Shown here in pieces: positions 10,171 through 19,378 of a DNA stretch of 64,000 bases; within the stretch, counting starts at the first letter, position 1; each line of letters opens with the position of its first letter. The DNA is from a delta proteobacterium MLS_D (GTDB taxonomy: Bacteria > Desulfobacterota > Syntrophia > Syntrophales > UBA2210). The stretch is from NCBI GenBank assembly GCA_002030015.1, contig LQBH01000002.1:20396-84395 (forward strand), in the 5' to 3' direction. A model generated the notes under the pieces. It had not been told where the DNA came from, searched no databases, and was given only the letters and a program-made list of their open reading frames with translations. The translations under genes and the position numbers were made by a program.

Positions 10171-10384
10171 AGAGGCATTGCAGCGGCTCGAAGAAATCGT
10201 GAGAAAAATGGAATCGGGGGATATGGCGCTTGACGAATCACTGAAAGCCTTTGAGGAAGGAATGGAACTTTCGCGGCTCTGTATGAAAAAACTCGACGAG
10301 GCCGAGCGGACCGTGGAAAGGCTGCTCAAGGAGGGTGACGATATCGTCACGGCGCCTTTCGTGACGGAGAAAGACTATGAATGA
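10151..10384 (+). CDS. xseB: exodeoxyribonuclease VII small subunit
   Basis: 77 aa. FEEALQRLEEIV..ME.G...LDESL..FEEG..L...C is typical of XseB. Confidence 0.9.
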   Translation: MADVKFEEALQRLEEIVRKMESGDMALDESLKAFEEGMELSRLCMKKLDEAERTVERLLKEGDDIVTAPFVTEKDYE

Positions 10385-11282
10385 ACAGTCGCACGAGCAA
10401 TTGAAAGAATATCTCGACCGCAGACGGGCGGAGGTCGATGAAGCCCTGGACCGCTTCGTGCCGGGGAGTGATTCATATCCGCCCGCACTGTTCGAAGCGG
10501 CCAGGTACAGTATCTTCGCCGGCGGCAAGAGACTGCGGCCGATACTTTGCATGGCCGCCGCAGAAGCGGTGGGAGGAACGGCGGGCGACGTGATGCCCTG
10601 CGCCTGCGCGCTTGAAATGATTCATACGTATTCGCTGATCCATGATGATCTTCCCGCCATGGACAACGATGATTTCCGTCGGGGAAAGCAGACGAACCAC
10701 AAGGTTTTCGGAGAGGGCATGGCCGTGCTCGCCGGGGACGCCCTGTTGACGGACGCATTCCGCCTGCTTGCCGGCATGTTTTCGTCCGGGGGGCATCACG
10801 AGAATCTGCTCCGGGCGATACACGAAATAGCGGAGAAAGCTGGATTTTTCGGTATGATCGGCGGCCAGGCCGTTGACCTGGATTCGGAGGGGAAAAAAAT
10901 TGTTCCGGAAACACTTCATTATATTCACATGCATAAAACCGCCGCGCTGATCACCGTTTCCCTGCGCGCCGGAGCAATTCTGGCCGAGGCCCCGCCTGAT
11001 CGTCTTGAGGCGCTTACGGCCTACGGTGAAAATATCGGACTCGCCTTTCAAATTGTGGACGATATTCTCAACGTGAAAGGCGATCCCGCGGTAATGGGAA
11101 AGGGCACCGGTTCCGACGGCGTCCGGAAAAAAGCAACCTATCCAGCGCTTTTCGGGCTTGAAGAGGCGGAAAAAACGGCTCGCAGGCTGGTGAAAGAGGC
11201 GCTTTCAAAGCTTGAGGAGTTCGGCGACGACGCCCGGCCGTTGCGATTGATCGCGCGATACATTATAGAACGGGAATCATAG
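10377..11282 (+). CDS. ispA: (2E,6E)-farnesyl diphosphate synthase / geranyltranstransferase
   Basis: Two Asp-rich motifs: LIHDDLPAMDNDDFRRG and FQIVDDILN. Conserved xseB-ispA-dxs synteny. Confidence 0.9.
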   Translation: MNEQSHEQLKEYLDRRRAEVDEALDRFVPGSDSYPPALFEAARYSIFAGGKRLRPILCMAAAEAVGGTAGDVMPCACALEMIHTYSLIHDDLPAMDNDDFRRGKQTNHKVFGEGMAVLAGDALLTDAFRLLAGMFSSGGHHENLLRAIHEIAEKAGFFGMIGGQAVDLDSEGKKIVPETLHYIHMHKTAALITVSLRAGAILAEAPPDRLEALTAYGENIGLAFQIVDDILNVKGDPAVMGKGTGSDGVRKKATYPALFGLEEAEKTARRLVKEALSKLEEFGDDARPLRLIARYIIERES

Positions 11283-11334
11283 AAGCGGTGACCGTGCCGA
11301 GGCGGGGAGAAGCGTCGCCTGAAAGGAAGGAATC

Positions 11335-13233
11335 GTGACGAAGAATCAATCTTCATTGCTTGAGAAGATCGACAGCCCGGAAGACGTCAGGAAACTGAAA
11401 CTGGAAGATCTCGATGTTCTTGCGGCGGAAATACGGGACCTGATCATAAAAACGGTGGCGATAAACGGCGGGCACCTGGCCCCATCGCTGGGAGCCGTCG
11501 AACTCGCCCTTGCTCTTCACTATGTTTTCGATACGCCGAAGGACAAAATTATATGGGATGTGGGACACCAGACGTACGCCCATAAAATTATTACGGGCAG
11601 AAAAAATAATTTTCACACGCTCAGGAAATTCGGCGGAGTGGCGCCCTTCCCGAAGCGGTCGGAAAGTCCATACGACGTGTTCGGTGTCGGTCACAGCAGT
11701 ACGTCCATTTCGGTGGGGTCGGGCATAGCTGAAGCTCATCGCATTACCGGCGGGGATTGCAAGGTGGTCTGTGTCATCGGGGACGGTTCGATGACTGCGG
11801 GCCTGGCGTTTGAAGGTTTGAACTGGGCGGGAGATCGCGAGCAGGATCTCATTATCATTCTCAACGACAACGAAATGTCCATTTCTCCGAACGTAGGCGC
11901 CCTCTCGTCCTACCTGAATCGAATCATGACCGGGCAGCAGGTGATAAAATTCAAGGCGGGCGTGCTGAATCTGCTTAAAACCATTCCCGGTATCGGGGAA
12001 CATATGGTCAGGCTTACGAAGCAGGCCGAAGAATCTCTGAAAGCTTTTATCGTGCCCGGCATGCTTTTCGAAGAAATGGGCTTCAGGTACGTGGGACCCC
12101 TCGAGGGCCACCGGCTGGACAATCTCGTTAAGAATTTCATGAACATCAGAACATTGAAGGGCCCGGTGCTGGTCCACCTGGTCACCAGGAAGGGCAAGGG
12201 GTATCCTTTTGCCGAAGCCGAACCGTCACGCTTTCACGGGGTGGGTCCTTTTGACGTCGAAACGGGGCGTTCTACGGCGACTCCCGGCGGCCCGCCGAGC
12301 TATACGGACGTTTTCGGTGGCGCCGTCGTTGCCCTGGCGAAAGAAACTCCGAACCTGGTTGCCATTACGGCTGCGATGAGCCAGGGGACCGGTCTGAGTG
12401 AATTCAGCCGCGTTTTTCCCGAGAGATTTTTTGACGTTGGCATAGCGGAGTCACACGGAGTTGCCCTGGCGGCGGGCCTGGCAACGGAAGGGCTTCTTCC
12501 TGTGGTGGCGATTTATTCCACCTTTCTGCAACGGGCTTATGACCAGCTGATCCACGATGTTTGTCTTCAGCAGCTTCCCATTGTCTTCGCTCTCGACCGG
12601 GCGGGAATCGTCGGCGAAGACGGGGCGACCCATCATGGCCTTTTCGATCTTTCGTATCTGCGCTCAATTCCCAACATGGTCGTGATGGCGCCGAAGGATG
12701 AAAACGAGTTGCGGCACATGATGAAAACTGCCGTTGCCTGTGGTGGCCCGGCCGCGGTACGGTATCCCCGCGGAAAAGGGGAGGGGGTTTCTCTGGATGA
12801 AGAACTCAGGGTCCTCGATATCGGGAAGGGCGAAGTGCTCAGAAAGGGGAGCGACGCCGCCATCATCGCGGTGGGCTCGATGGTGTATCCGTCGCTGGAA
12901 GCGGCGCGCCTTCTGGCGGAGCGGGACATTGAGGTTACCGTTGTCAACAGCCGCTTCGTCAAGCCCCTTGACGCAGACCTGCTCTGCAGGACGGCAACCG
13001 AAACGGGGCGGGTGGTCACCGTCGAGGAGAATGTTCTCATGGGTGGGTTCGGAAGCGCCGTTCTGGAACTATTTCAGGAACGTGGAACGATTCCGGCAGG
13101 GATGACGCGTATCGGCGTCGGCGATTGCTACGTGGAACACGGTTCCCAGAAGGAATTGCGTGAACAGCAGGGGCTTGATGCGCAGAGCATCGCCGCGGCC
13201 GTCGTTGATCTTATCGACGGAGCAGAACGGTGA
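11335..13233 (+). CDS. dxs: 1-deoxy-D-xylulose-5-phosphate synthase
   Basis: GGHLAPSLG, GHQTYAHKIITGR, GDGSMTAG and DRAGIVGEDGATHHG motifs. GTG start with AAGGAAGG RBS. Confidence 0.95.
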   Translation: MTKNQSSLLEKIDSPEDVRKLKLEDLDVLAAEIRDLIIKTVAINGGHLAPSLGAVELALALHYVFDTPKDKIIWDVGHQTYAHKIITGRKNNFHTLRKFGGVAPFPKRSESPYDVFGVGHSSTSISVGSGIAEAHRITGGDCKVVCVIGDGSMTAGLAFEGLNWAGDREQDLIIILNDNEMSISPNVGALSSYLNRIMTGQQVIKFKAGVLNLLKTIPGIGEHMVRLTKQAEESLKAFIVPGMLFEEMGFRYVGPLEGHRLDNLVKNFMNIRTLKGPVLVHLVTRKGKGYPFAEAEPSRFHGVGPFDVETGRSTATPGGPPSYTDVFGGAVVALAKETPNLVAITAAMSQGTGLSEFSRVFPERFFDVGIAESHGVALAAGLATEGLLPVVAIYSTFLQRAYDQLIHDVCLQQLPIVFALDRAGIVGEDGATHHGLFDLSYLRSIPNMVVMAPKDENELRHMMKTAVACGGPAAVRYPRGKGEGVSLDEELRVLDIGKGEVLRKGSDAAIIAVGSMVYPSLEAARLLAERDIEVTVVNSRFVKPLDADLLCRTATETGRVVTVEENVLMGGFGSAVLELFQERGTIPAGMTRIGVGDCYVEHGSQKELREQQGLDAQSIAAAVVDLIDGAER

Positions 13234-13988
13234 CGTCCCGTACCGGAACGGTGCCGAAAAAAGTGCGGTTGGATAAACTTCTGGTCGACCGCGGATTTGT
13301 CGCTTCCCGGGAACGTTCCCGGGCGCTTATTTTAGCGGGCGCCGTAATCGTCGACGAAACGGCGGCTGACAAGGCGGGAACACTCGTCAGTCCGGACGCG
13401 GCAATTCGCATCAGGGGCGAGGACAATCCTTTTGTCAGCAGGGGCGGACTCAAGCTGCGCCATGCGCTCGAAACGTTCTGTATCGACGTGACGGGAGCCG
13501 CGGCCCTGGACGTGGGGGCCTCGACGGGAGGGTTCACTGACTGTCTTCTTCAACGCGGGGCCAGGCGTGTGTATGCTCTCGACGTTGGGTACGGGCAGAT
13601 CGCCTGGAAATTGCGGATCGACGAGCGGGTCATACTTTTTGAGCGCACTAATATACGGCATTTTGATGCGTCCCTGCTGGACGACGCCATCGATATCGTC
13701 ACCGTGGATGTGTCTTTTATTTCCCTGAAACTGGTACTGCCCGTTCTCCGCCCGTTCATGAAGCCCGGGTCACGGCTGCTTGTCCTCATCAAGCCGCAGT
13801 TTGAAGCGGGTCGGGCCGACGTGGGGAAGGGGGGCGTGGTAAGAAACATCGCCGTTCGTGAGCGGGTAGTGGGCGACATCGTTCGGGTCGCCGAAGCTGT
13901 CGGTTTTGATGTGAAGGGCGTTTGCGAATCACCACTGGCGGGTCCCGCGGGAAACCGGGAATTTTTTCTGTACGGATGGGTACTCTGA
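13230..13988 (+). CDS. tlyA: TlyA-family rRNA 2'-O-methyltransferase
   Basis: S4-like N-terminus (RLDKLLVDRGF..SRERSRALI) and FtsJ SAM motif LDVGASTGGFTDCLL. GTG start; an alternative GTG is at 13251. Confidence 0.87.
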   Translation: MTSRTGTVPKKVRLDKLLVDRGFVASRERSRALILAGAVIVDETAADKAGTLVSPDAAIRIRGEDNPFVSRGGLKLRHALETFCIDVTGAAALDVGASTGGFTDCLLQRGARRVYALDVGYGQIAWKLRIDERVILFERTNIRHFDASLLDDAIDIVTVDVSFISLKLVLPVLRPFMKPGSRLLVLIKPQFEAGRADVGKGGVVRNIAVRERVVGDIVRVAEAVGFDVKGVCESPLAGPAGNREFFLYGWVL

Positions 13989-14037
13989 CGCATTACTTTC
14001 GGCAGACTGCTTCGAGACGGGAAGAGAGAGTTCAGCA

Positions 14038-15774
14038 ATGATCGTGAAACTGGCGCAGACGGCCGGATTTTGCATGGGTGTCAGGCGAGCCGTCGATATC
14101 GTGCTCGATATCGCCCGCCGAAAGGGGGATGGGCCGGTCTATACATACGGAGCGCTGATTCACAATCCCCAGACGGTTGAACTGTTGAAAAGACGGGGCG
14201 TCCTGCCCGCCGAAAGCATCGACGAGATCGAGCGGGGAACGGTGGTGATCAGGGCGCACGGAATATCGCCCCGTGAGCGGGCCCGGTTGAGAGAAAAGGA
14301 CGTCACCGTGGTGGACGCCACCTGCCCGAAGGTGGCCCGCGTGCAGTCAATCATAAAAAAACACGTGGAAGGCGGTTATGACGTGATCATCGTGGGGGAC
14401 AAAAAACACCCCGAGGTGGCGGGCCTCCTGGGATATGCCTCGGCGGGCGGATACGTGGTCGGCGATGTCGGCGACGTCGACCGGTTGCCTCCGCTCGATC
14501 TGGTTTGCGTCGTCTCCCAGACGACACAGAACACGCGCCATTTTGAACGAGTGAGCGGACGGATCAAAGAACGGTTCCCCGGGGCGCTTGTCTTTAACAC
14601 TATCTGTGACTCAACAGAACGGCGACAGGCCGAGGTTATGGGTCTTGCCGGCGAAGTTGATGCCATGATCATCGTTGGAGGCAGAAACAGTGCAAATACG
14701 AGAAAATTACTCGAAATATCAGAAAATTCAGGTATTCCTTCCTATCAGGTGGAAACGGCCGATGAACTGCGTGGCATAGACCTGGAGGGAATCGAACGGG
14801 TCGGTGTGTCCGCGGGTGCTTCAACGCCGAACTGGATAACCGACGGGGTCGTCGATTACCTGACCCTGTATCGCCGCGGACGGAGCGCGGGATTGATAAG
14901 CGGTTTTCTTCACATCTGGCTCTTCGCCGTCCGCACGGACATCTATTCCGCCCTGGGTGCCGGAATACTCGCGGCGGTGAGCATGGTACTGCAGAAACAA
15001 TCGATTTCACTGGTAAACGTGTTGATCGCCGCCTTTTACGTCTATTCGATGCACACGCTGAACAGAATACAGGATCGCTACCTGGGCAGTATCAAGGGAA
15101 GCTTCCGGGACGAGACCTACCTCCGGCACCGGAAGCTTTACATGGGAGCGGCCGTTCTTGCTCTTTTCTGCGCCCTGGTTCTCGCGCTTGCCGCCGGGCC
15201 GGCGGCCTTTGCGTGCCTGTTTTTTATTTCTCTCTTCGGGTATCTGTATCGCTTTAAAATGTTTCCAAAAAGTTGGCCTGTGGAGAGTCTCAGGGATATT
15301 CCCGGTTCGAAACATATTTTTATCGCGCTTGCCTGGGCCGTGGTCGCCGCCCTGATTCCCTCGATTTCGATGGGTGGAACGCCGGGAATTTCAACGGGAC
15401 TCGCGTTTATCATCGTCGCCCTGCTTGTTTTTATGAAATCGGTTATTACTGACATGGCGAATGTGCAAAGCGACCGGCTCATGGGAAGAGAAACTCTTCC
15501 CGTCATCATGGGGGAAAATAATTCGCGCCGTCTCGTCAGGGTCGTTTCTCTGGTTCTGGCGGCGATCCTGATTATCCCGGCGGCGGCGGGCGCGGGTTCA
15601 ACGCTCGCTCCCGCGATCCTGGTGGCGGTGTTTTATGTGTGGATTTGTTTGGAACTTTGTGATAGAAGAGCAAAATTTTCCAGCACCGCCCTTGAAGGTT
15701 TTTTCGGGACCGTCTATATTGTCGCCGGTGTTGCCGTTTTTCTCTGGGCAGCCGCGGCGCACGTCTTGTACTGA
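14038..15774 (+). CDS. ispH: 4-hydroxy-3-methylbut-2-enyl diphosphate reductase fused to a UbiA-like polytopic membrane domain
   Basis: The N-terminal ~283 aa carry the three IspH cluster cysteines (GFCMGV, DATCPKV, NTICDST) and SAGASTP. The C-terminal ~295 aa are hydrophobic and contain ITDMANVQSDRLMGRETLPVIMG, which resembles the second UbiA Asp-rich motif. Confidence 0.85.
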   Translation: MIVKLAQTAGFCMGVRRAVDIVLDIARRKGDGPVYTYGALIHNPQTVELLKRRGVLPAESIDEIERGTVVIRAHGISPRERARLREKDVTVVDATCPKVARVQSIIKKHVEGGYDVIIVGDKKHPEVAGLLGYASAGGYVVGDVGDVDRLPPLDLVCVVSQTTQNTRHFERVSGRIKERFPGALVFNTICDSTERRQAEVMGLAGEVDAMIIVGGRNSANTRKLLEISENSGIPSYQVETADELRGIDLEGIERVGVSAGASTPNWITDGVVDYLTLYRRGRSAGLISGFLHIWLFAVRTDIYSALGAGILAAVSMVLQKQSISLVNVLIAAFYVYSMHTLNRIQDRYLGSIKGSFRDETYLRHRKLYMGAAVLALFCALVLALAAGPAAFACLFFISLFGYLYRFKMFPKSWPVESLRDIPGSKHIFIALAWAVVAALIPSISMGGTPGISTGLAFIIVALLVFMKSVITDMANVQSDRLMGRETLPVIMGENNSRRLVRVVSLVLAAILIIPAAAGAGSTLAPAILVAVFYVWICLELCDRRAKFSSTALEGFFGTVYIVAGVAVFLWAAAAHVLY

Positions 15775-15799
15775 TGAAAGGATGACAGGTGATCACCGA

Positions 15800-16396
15800 A
15801 TGAAAAAACTCTCTATATCCTCGTTTTTCTTTGCTTTTGTGATCGTCGCTTTTGCCTCCGGTTGTGCGGGGCCGGTCAGGTATGCGAAAACAGCGGAAAA
15901 CGCAGAAGATTTTAATCCACGGTCCGTTGCGCTGTTTCCCGTGTCAGTAGGGCCGCATGACGAGGCGGCTGGAATAATAGACCGCATTACGGTAGACGAG
16001 CTTACAAAGACGGACAGGTATGACCGTGTTGTATCACCCGACGAACTGATGCGGATAATCGAGGAAAACGAAGCGGCGCCGATTTTCGAGGAATACCAGG
16101 CGAAGCTCGAGATCCTCAATTTTTCTGATCCCGCATTGAGCGCCCGCCTGGGCGACGTGCTGGACGTTGAATCTTTTTTGCTGGTGATTGTGTCATTCTG
16201 GAGTTATACCGTTGACACCAAAGAAAAGGATATAGCGAAAGTGGGACTGGAAATGAGATTCGTTGAGGCCTCCACAGGCCGGATTTTGTGGACGGCCCAT
16301 CATTTTGACGAGAAACGGTACCGCATCTTCAAGCCGGAACTGGCCGATGTGGGCGAAGCAGTGGCACGGCGGCTTGTCCGGGAGATGCCCCATTGA
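15800..16396 (+). CDS. lipoprotein, LpoB/DUF799-like fold (hypothetical), distant paralogue of 2507..3223
   Basis: Signal peptide with lipobox AFASG-C. VALFPV...LDVESFLLVIV...VGLEMRFVEASTGRILWTA mirrors the 2507..3223 protein. The ORF track starts at 15635, inside ispH. Confidence 0.6.
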   Translation: MKKLSISSFFFAFVIVAFASGCAGPVRYAKTAENAEDFNPRSVALFPVSVGPHDEAAGIIDRITVDELTKTDRYDRVVSPDELMRIIEENEAAPIFEEYQAKLEILNFSDPALSARLGDVLDVESFLLVIVSFWSYTVDTKEKDIAKVGLEMRFVEASTGRILWTAHHFDEKRYRIFKPELADVGEAVARRLVREMPH

Positions 16397-16473
16397 AACT
16401 ATGCGGAACACGAAAGCGCACCGCCGCCCGGTGAGGAAACGGCGAGAACGACGAATATGTGAGCTATTTCTAG

Positions 16474-16668
<195 letters not shown>

Positions 16669-16764
16669 AACACCTCTTCGGTTTTTTACATACGCCGAAC
16701 GTTTTTTCCGAATCACCCTGCGGTCATTTCATAATGCATTCACGTTGCGTTCGGGGATCACATT

Positions 16765-17406
16765 ATGACAGGTTTATTTGTAACATTTGAAGGGATTGAA
16801 GGTTCGGGGAAAACAACCCAGATAAGCATGGTGGCCGACTACCTCGAAAGTCGCCTCATCCCCTGTCTGGCGACAAGCGAGCCGGGTGGCAGCAACATGG
16901 GGCGCACATTGCGGAAGCTGCTTCTTGAAAAGAGCGGGCTTCGCATATCGGCGCGGTCTGAATTGCTGCTGTTTGCGGCGGACAGGGCTCAACATGTAAC
17001 AGAAATTATTTTTCCTGCCCTGCAGGAAGGCAGGGTGGTACTGTGCGACCGGTTTTCGGACGCCACCACGGCTTACCAGGGCTTCGGGCGCGGTCTTGAT
17101 CTGGACATGATCGACCGGATAAACGATTTTGCGACGCAGTCCCTGCGGCCCGGTATGACGGTTCTTTTCGACATGAAGCCTGAACGAGGCCTTGACAGGG
17201 TCAGGCGGCGCGACGCCGGCCGTCCGGCGGGGCCGGATGACCGTTTTGAAGTCGAACGGATCGAATTTCACCGGCGGGTGAGGGAAGGATATCTCAGCCT
17301 CGCCGCACGGGAACCGCAGCGTTTCCGCGTCGTTGATGCCGACCGCGATATCGACGCCGTGTTCAACGACGCCGTGGCTGCGCTGACGGAGGTACTGGGT
17401 GAGTAG
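16765..17406 (+). CDS. tmk: thymidylate kinase
   Basis: P-loop FEGIEGSGKTTQ and DRF..ST.AYQG motif. Confidence 0.93.
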   Translation: MTGLFVTFEGIEGSGKTTQISMVADYLESRLIPCLATSEPGGSNMGRTLRKLLLEKSGLRISARSELLLFAADRAQHVTEIIFPALQEGRVVLCDRFSDATTAYQGFGRGLDLDMIDRINDFATQSLRPGMTVLFDMKPERGLDRVRRRDAGRPAGPDDRFEVERIEFHRRVREGYLSLAAREPQRFRVVDADRDIDAVFNDAVAALTEVLGE

Positions 17407-17410
17407 CGCC

Positions 17411-18427
17411 ATGCCCTTTTACGGGGTCTACGGTCACGAGCGACAGATAAATTCTTTGAAAAACGCTCTTCTGCGTAACAGGGTTGCCCAAGCGTATATT
17501 TTTGACGGTATCGCAGGCGTAGGAAAAAAAACAACAGCACTGGCCTTCGCCAGGGCCTTGAATTGTCTCGGTACCGAGGAGGAGACGGGAGAACTCTGCG
17601 CGTCTTGCAGAAAAATAGAAACGGGGAATCACCCCGATATCCTGTTCGTGGCGCCCGAAGGCAAGTTTATTAAAATCGACCAAATACGGGAGCTGGGCAG
17701 ACGGATGTGTTTCCGTCCCCTCGAGGGACGACGGCGGGTCGTGATCATCGAAAAGGCTCACGCCATGAACGATGAAGCCGCCAACGCGCTTTTGAAAACA
17801 CTCGAGGAACCGGCGCCGGGCAATGTTTTGATACTGCTCACGTCGCGAAGCGAAGCACTTCCCCGTACCATAGTTTCACGGTGCCAGCGTCTCCGTTTCG
17901 CCCCTCTGCCGGCCTCCGCGGTTGAGGCCTTTCTGAAAGAGCGGCGCGGCATGGGGGAAGAAGAGTCATCCGCGCTCGCGGCGGCGTCGGCCGGGTGTAT
18001 TGGAAGAGTACTTGACCGTGACCATGAGGCGTTGCGACGTTTCGAAGAGGATATTATCGGTGTCCTTGAAATCAGCGGGGATGCGGGCGATGAAAACCCG
18101 CTGGCGCCGTTTCTGGTTGTCGAGCGTTTCGGTAACGACAGGGCGGCGATTATTGAAAAACTCGAACTGGTGAAAGAATGGTTTCGTGATGTCCTTGTTT
18201 TGCACGAAACCGGCCGTGAGGAACTGATTATCCATCGTGATTTGCTCACTTTTACGCGGCGGGCTGCGGATCGTTCGACATCAGGCTGTCTTACGAGAAA
18301 CATCGAATGTGTCGAGGCAGCGCGACGGGCGGTTGACCGCAACGCAAACAGCCGGCTGGTTCTGGAATCAATGATGTTCAAGCTTCGTCAGCCGTTGACG
18401 GACAGGTGTCAGCCGGCGGCACGGTGA
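17411..18427 (+). CDS. holB: DNA polymerase III delta-prime subunit
   Basis: AYIF.G..GVGKKT.A..FA.ALNC....E....C..C..C..I..G.HPD, and SRCQ.L.F. An alternative GTG start is at 17399. Confidence 0.87.
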   Translation: MPFYGVYGHERQINSLKNALLRNRVAQAYIFDGIAGVGKKTTALAFARALNCLGTEEETGELCASCRKIETGNHPDILFVAPEGKFIKIDQIRELGRRMCFRPLEGRRRVVIIEKAHAMNDEAANALLKTLEEPAPGNVLILLTSRSEALPRTIVSRCQRLRFAPLPASAVEAFLKERRGMGEEESSALAAASAGCIGRVLDRDHEALRRFEEDIIGVLEISGDAGDENPLAPFLVVERFGNDRAAIIEKLELVKEWFRDVLVLHETGREELIIHRDLLTFTRRAADRSTSGCLTRNIECVEAARRAVDRNANSRLVLESMMFKLRQPLTDRCQPAAR

Positions 18428-18446
18428 AGCTGAACGGGAGTCCTGC

Positions 18447-19289
18447 ATGAACATGAACGACAACCCTGATGAAAGCGGATATATTGTCCGTGTCCGGTTT
18501 CGGGAAAAAGGAAAGCTTTACACGTTTGACGGTGCGGGTGTGCCCGTCGAGAAAGACGACAGAGTAATTGTCCTGACGGAACAGGGCGAAGCAATCGGCA
18601 CGGTGATGTCGGTGACGAAAATAGTCGATGCGGCAAGGGTTTCAAATCAGCTGAAGCCGGTTTTGAGGGAGGCCTCGAGTGATGACCTGACCCGTGCGGC
18701 CGAGAACTGCGATGTCGAGCGCGAAGCGTTTCAATTCTGCAAGAAGAAGATAACGGAGCGGGATCTCGCCATGAGACTTGTCGAAGTGTCCTATCTTTTC
18801 GACCGCAGTAAGCTTGTTTTTTATTTCACCGCCGACAGCCGCGTGGATTTCCGGGAACTTGTCAAGGATCTTGTCGCCGCCTACCGGACCCGTATCGAGC
18901 TCCGGCAGATCTGGGTGAGAAGCGAAGCGCGTCTGTTCGGAGGATTGGGCATGTGCGGCAGGGAGCTCTGCTGTGCCGGGTTCCTCAATTCCTTCGGTAC
19001 CGTGTCGATCAAAATGGCCAAGGAACAGAACATGCTGCTCAATCCGGAAAAAATATCAGGTGTCTGCGGGCGGCTGATGTGCTGCCTGGCCTTTGAATAC
19101 GACATGTACCGCGACGCGAAGAAACACATGCCCAAGTGCGGAAAAAACGTCATGCTTTCCCAGGGACGGGGCAAGGTTATACGACAGAAAGTTCTTGAAA
19201 ATAAAATAGTGGTTGATCTTGGTGACGGCAAAGAGACGGAGGTTTCCGTCGATGAAATCATCAGGACCGATATGCCGAAGTCTCAGTAA
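18447..19289 (+). CDS. PSP1 domain protein (YaaT/RicT-like)
   Basis: The region VSYLFDRSKLVFYFTADSRVDFRELVKDL....RTRIELRQI plus the CGRELCC...CGRLMCC cysteine pairs are typical of the PSP1 C-terminal domain. tmk-holB-yaaT synteny. Confidence 0.85.
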   Translation: MNMNDNPDESGYIVRVRFREKGKLYTFDGAGVPVEKDDRVIVLTEQGEAIGTVMSVTKIVDAARVSNQLKPVLREASSDDLTRAAENCDVEREAFQFCKKKITERDLAMRLVEVSYLFDRSKLVFYFTADSRVDFRELVKDLVAAYRTRIELRQIWVRSEARLFGGLGMCGRELCCAGFLNSFGTVSIKMAKEQNMLLNPEKISGVCGRLMCCLAFEYDMYRDAKKHMPKCGKNVMLSQGRGKVIRQKVLENKIVVDLGDGKETEVSVDEIIRTDMPKSQ

Positions 19290-19378
19290 TCCTCTACCGG
19301 CGTCGGTCTTCGAATACAGCGGAACAAAACGGCTCGAAGGCGCGTTCACCGGCGTTTACATCGCCAGGAGAAAAAACA

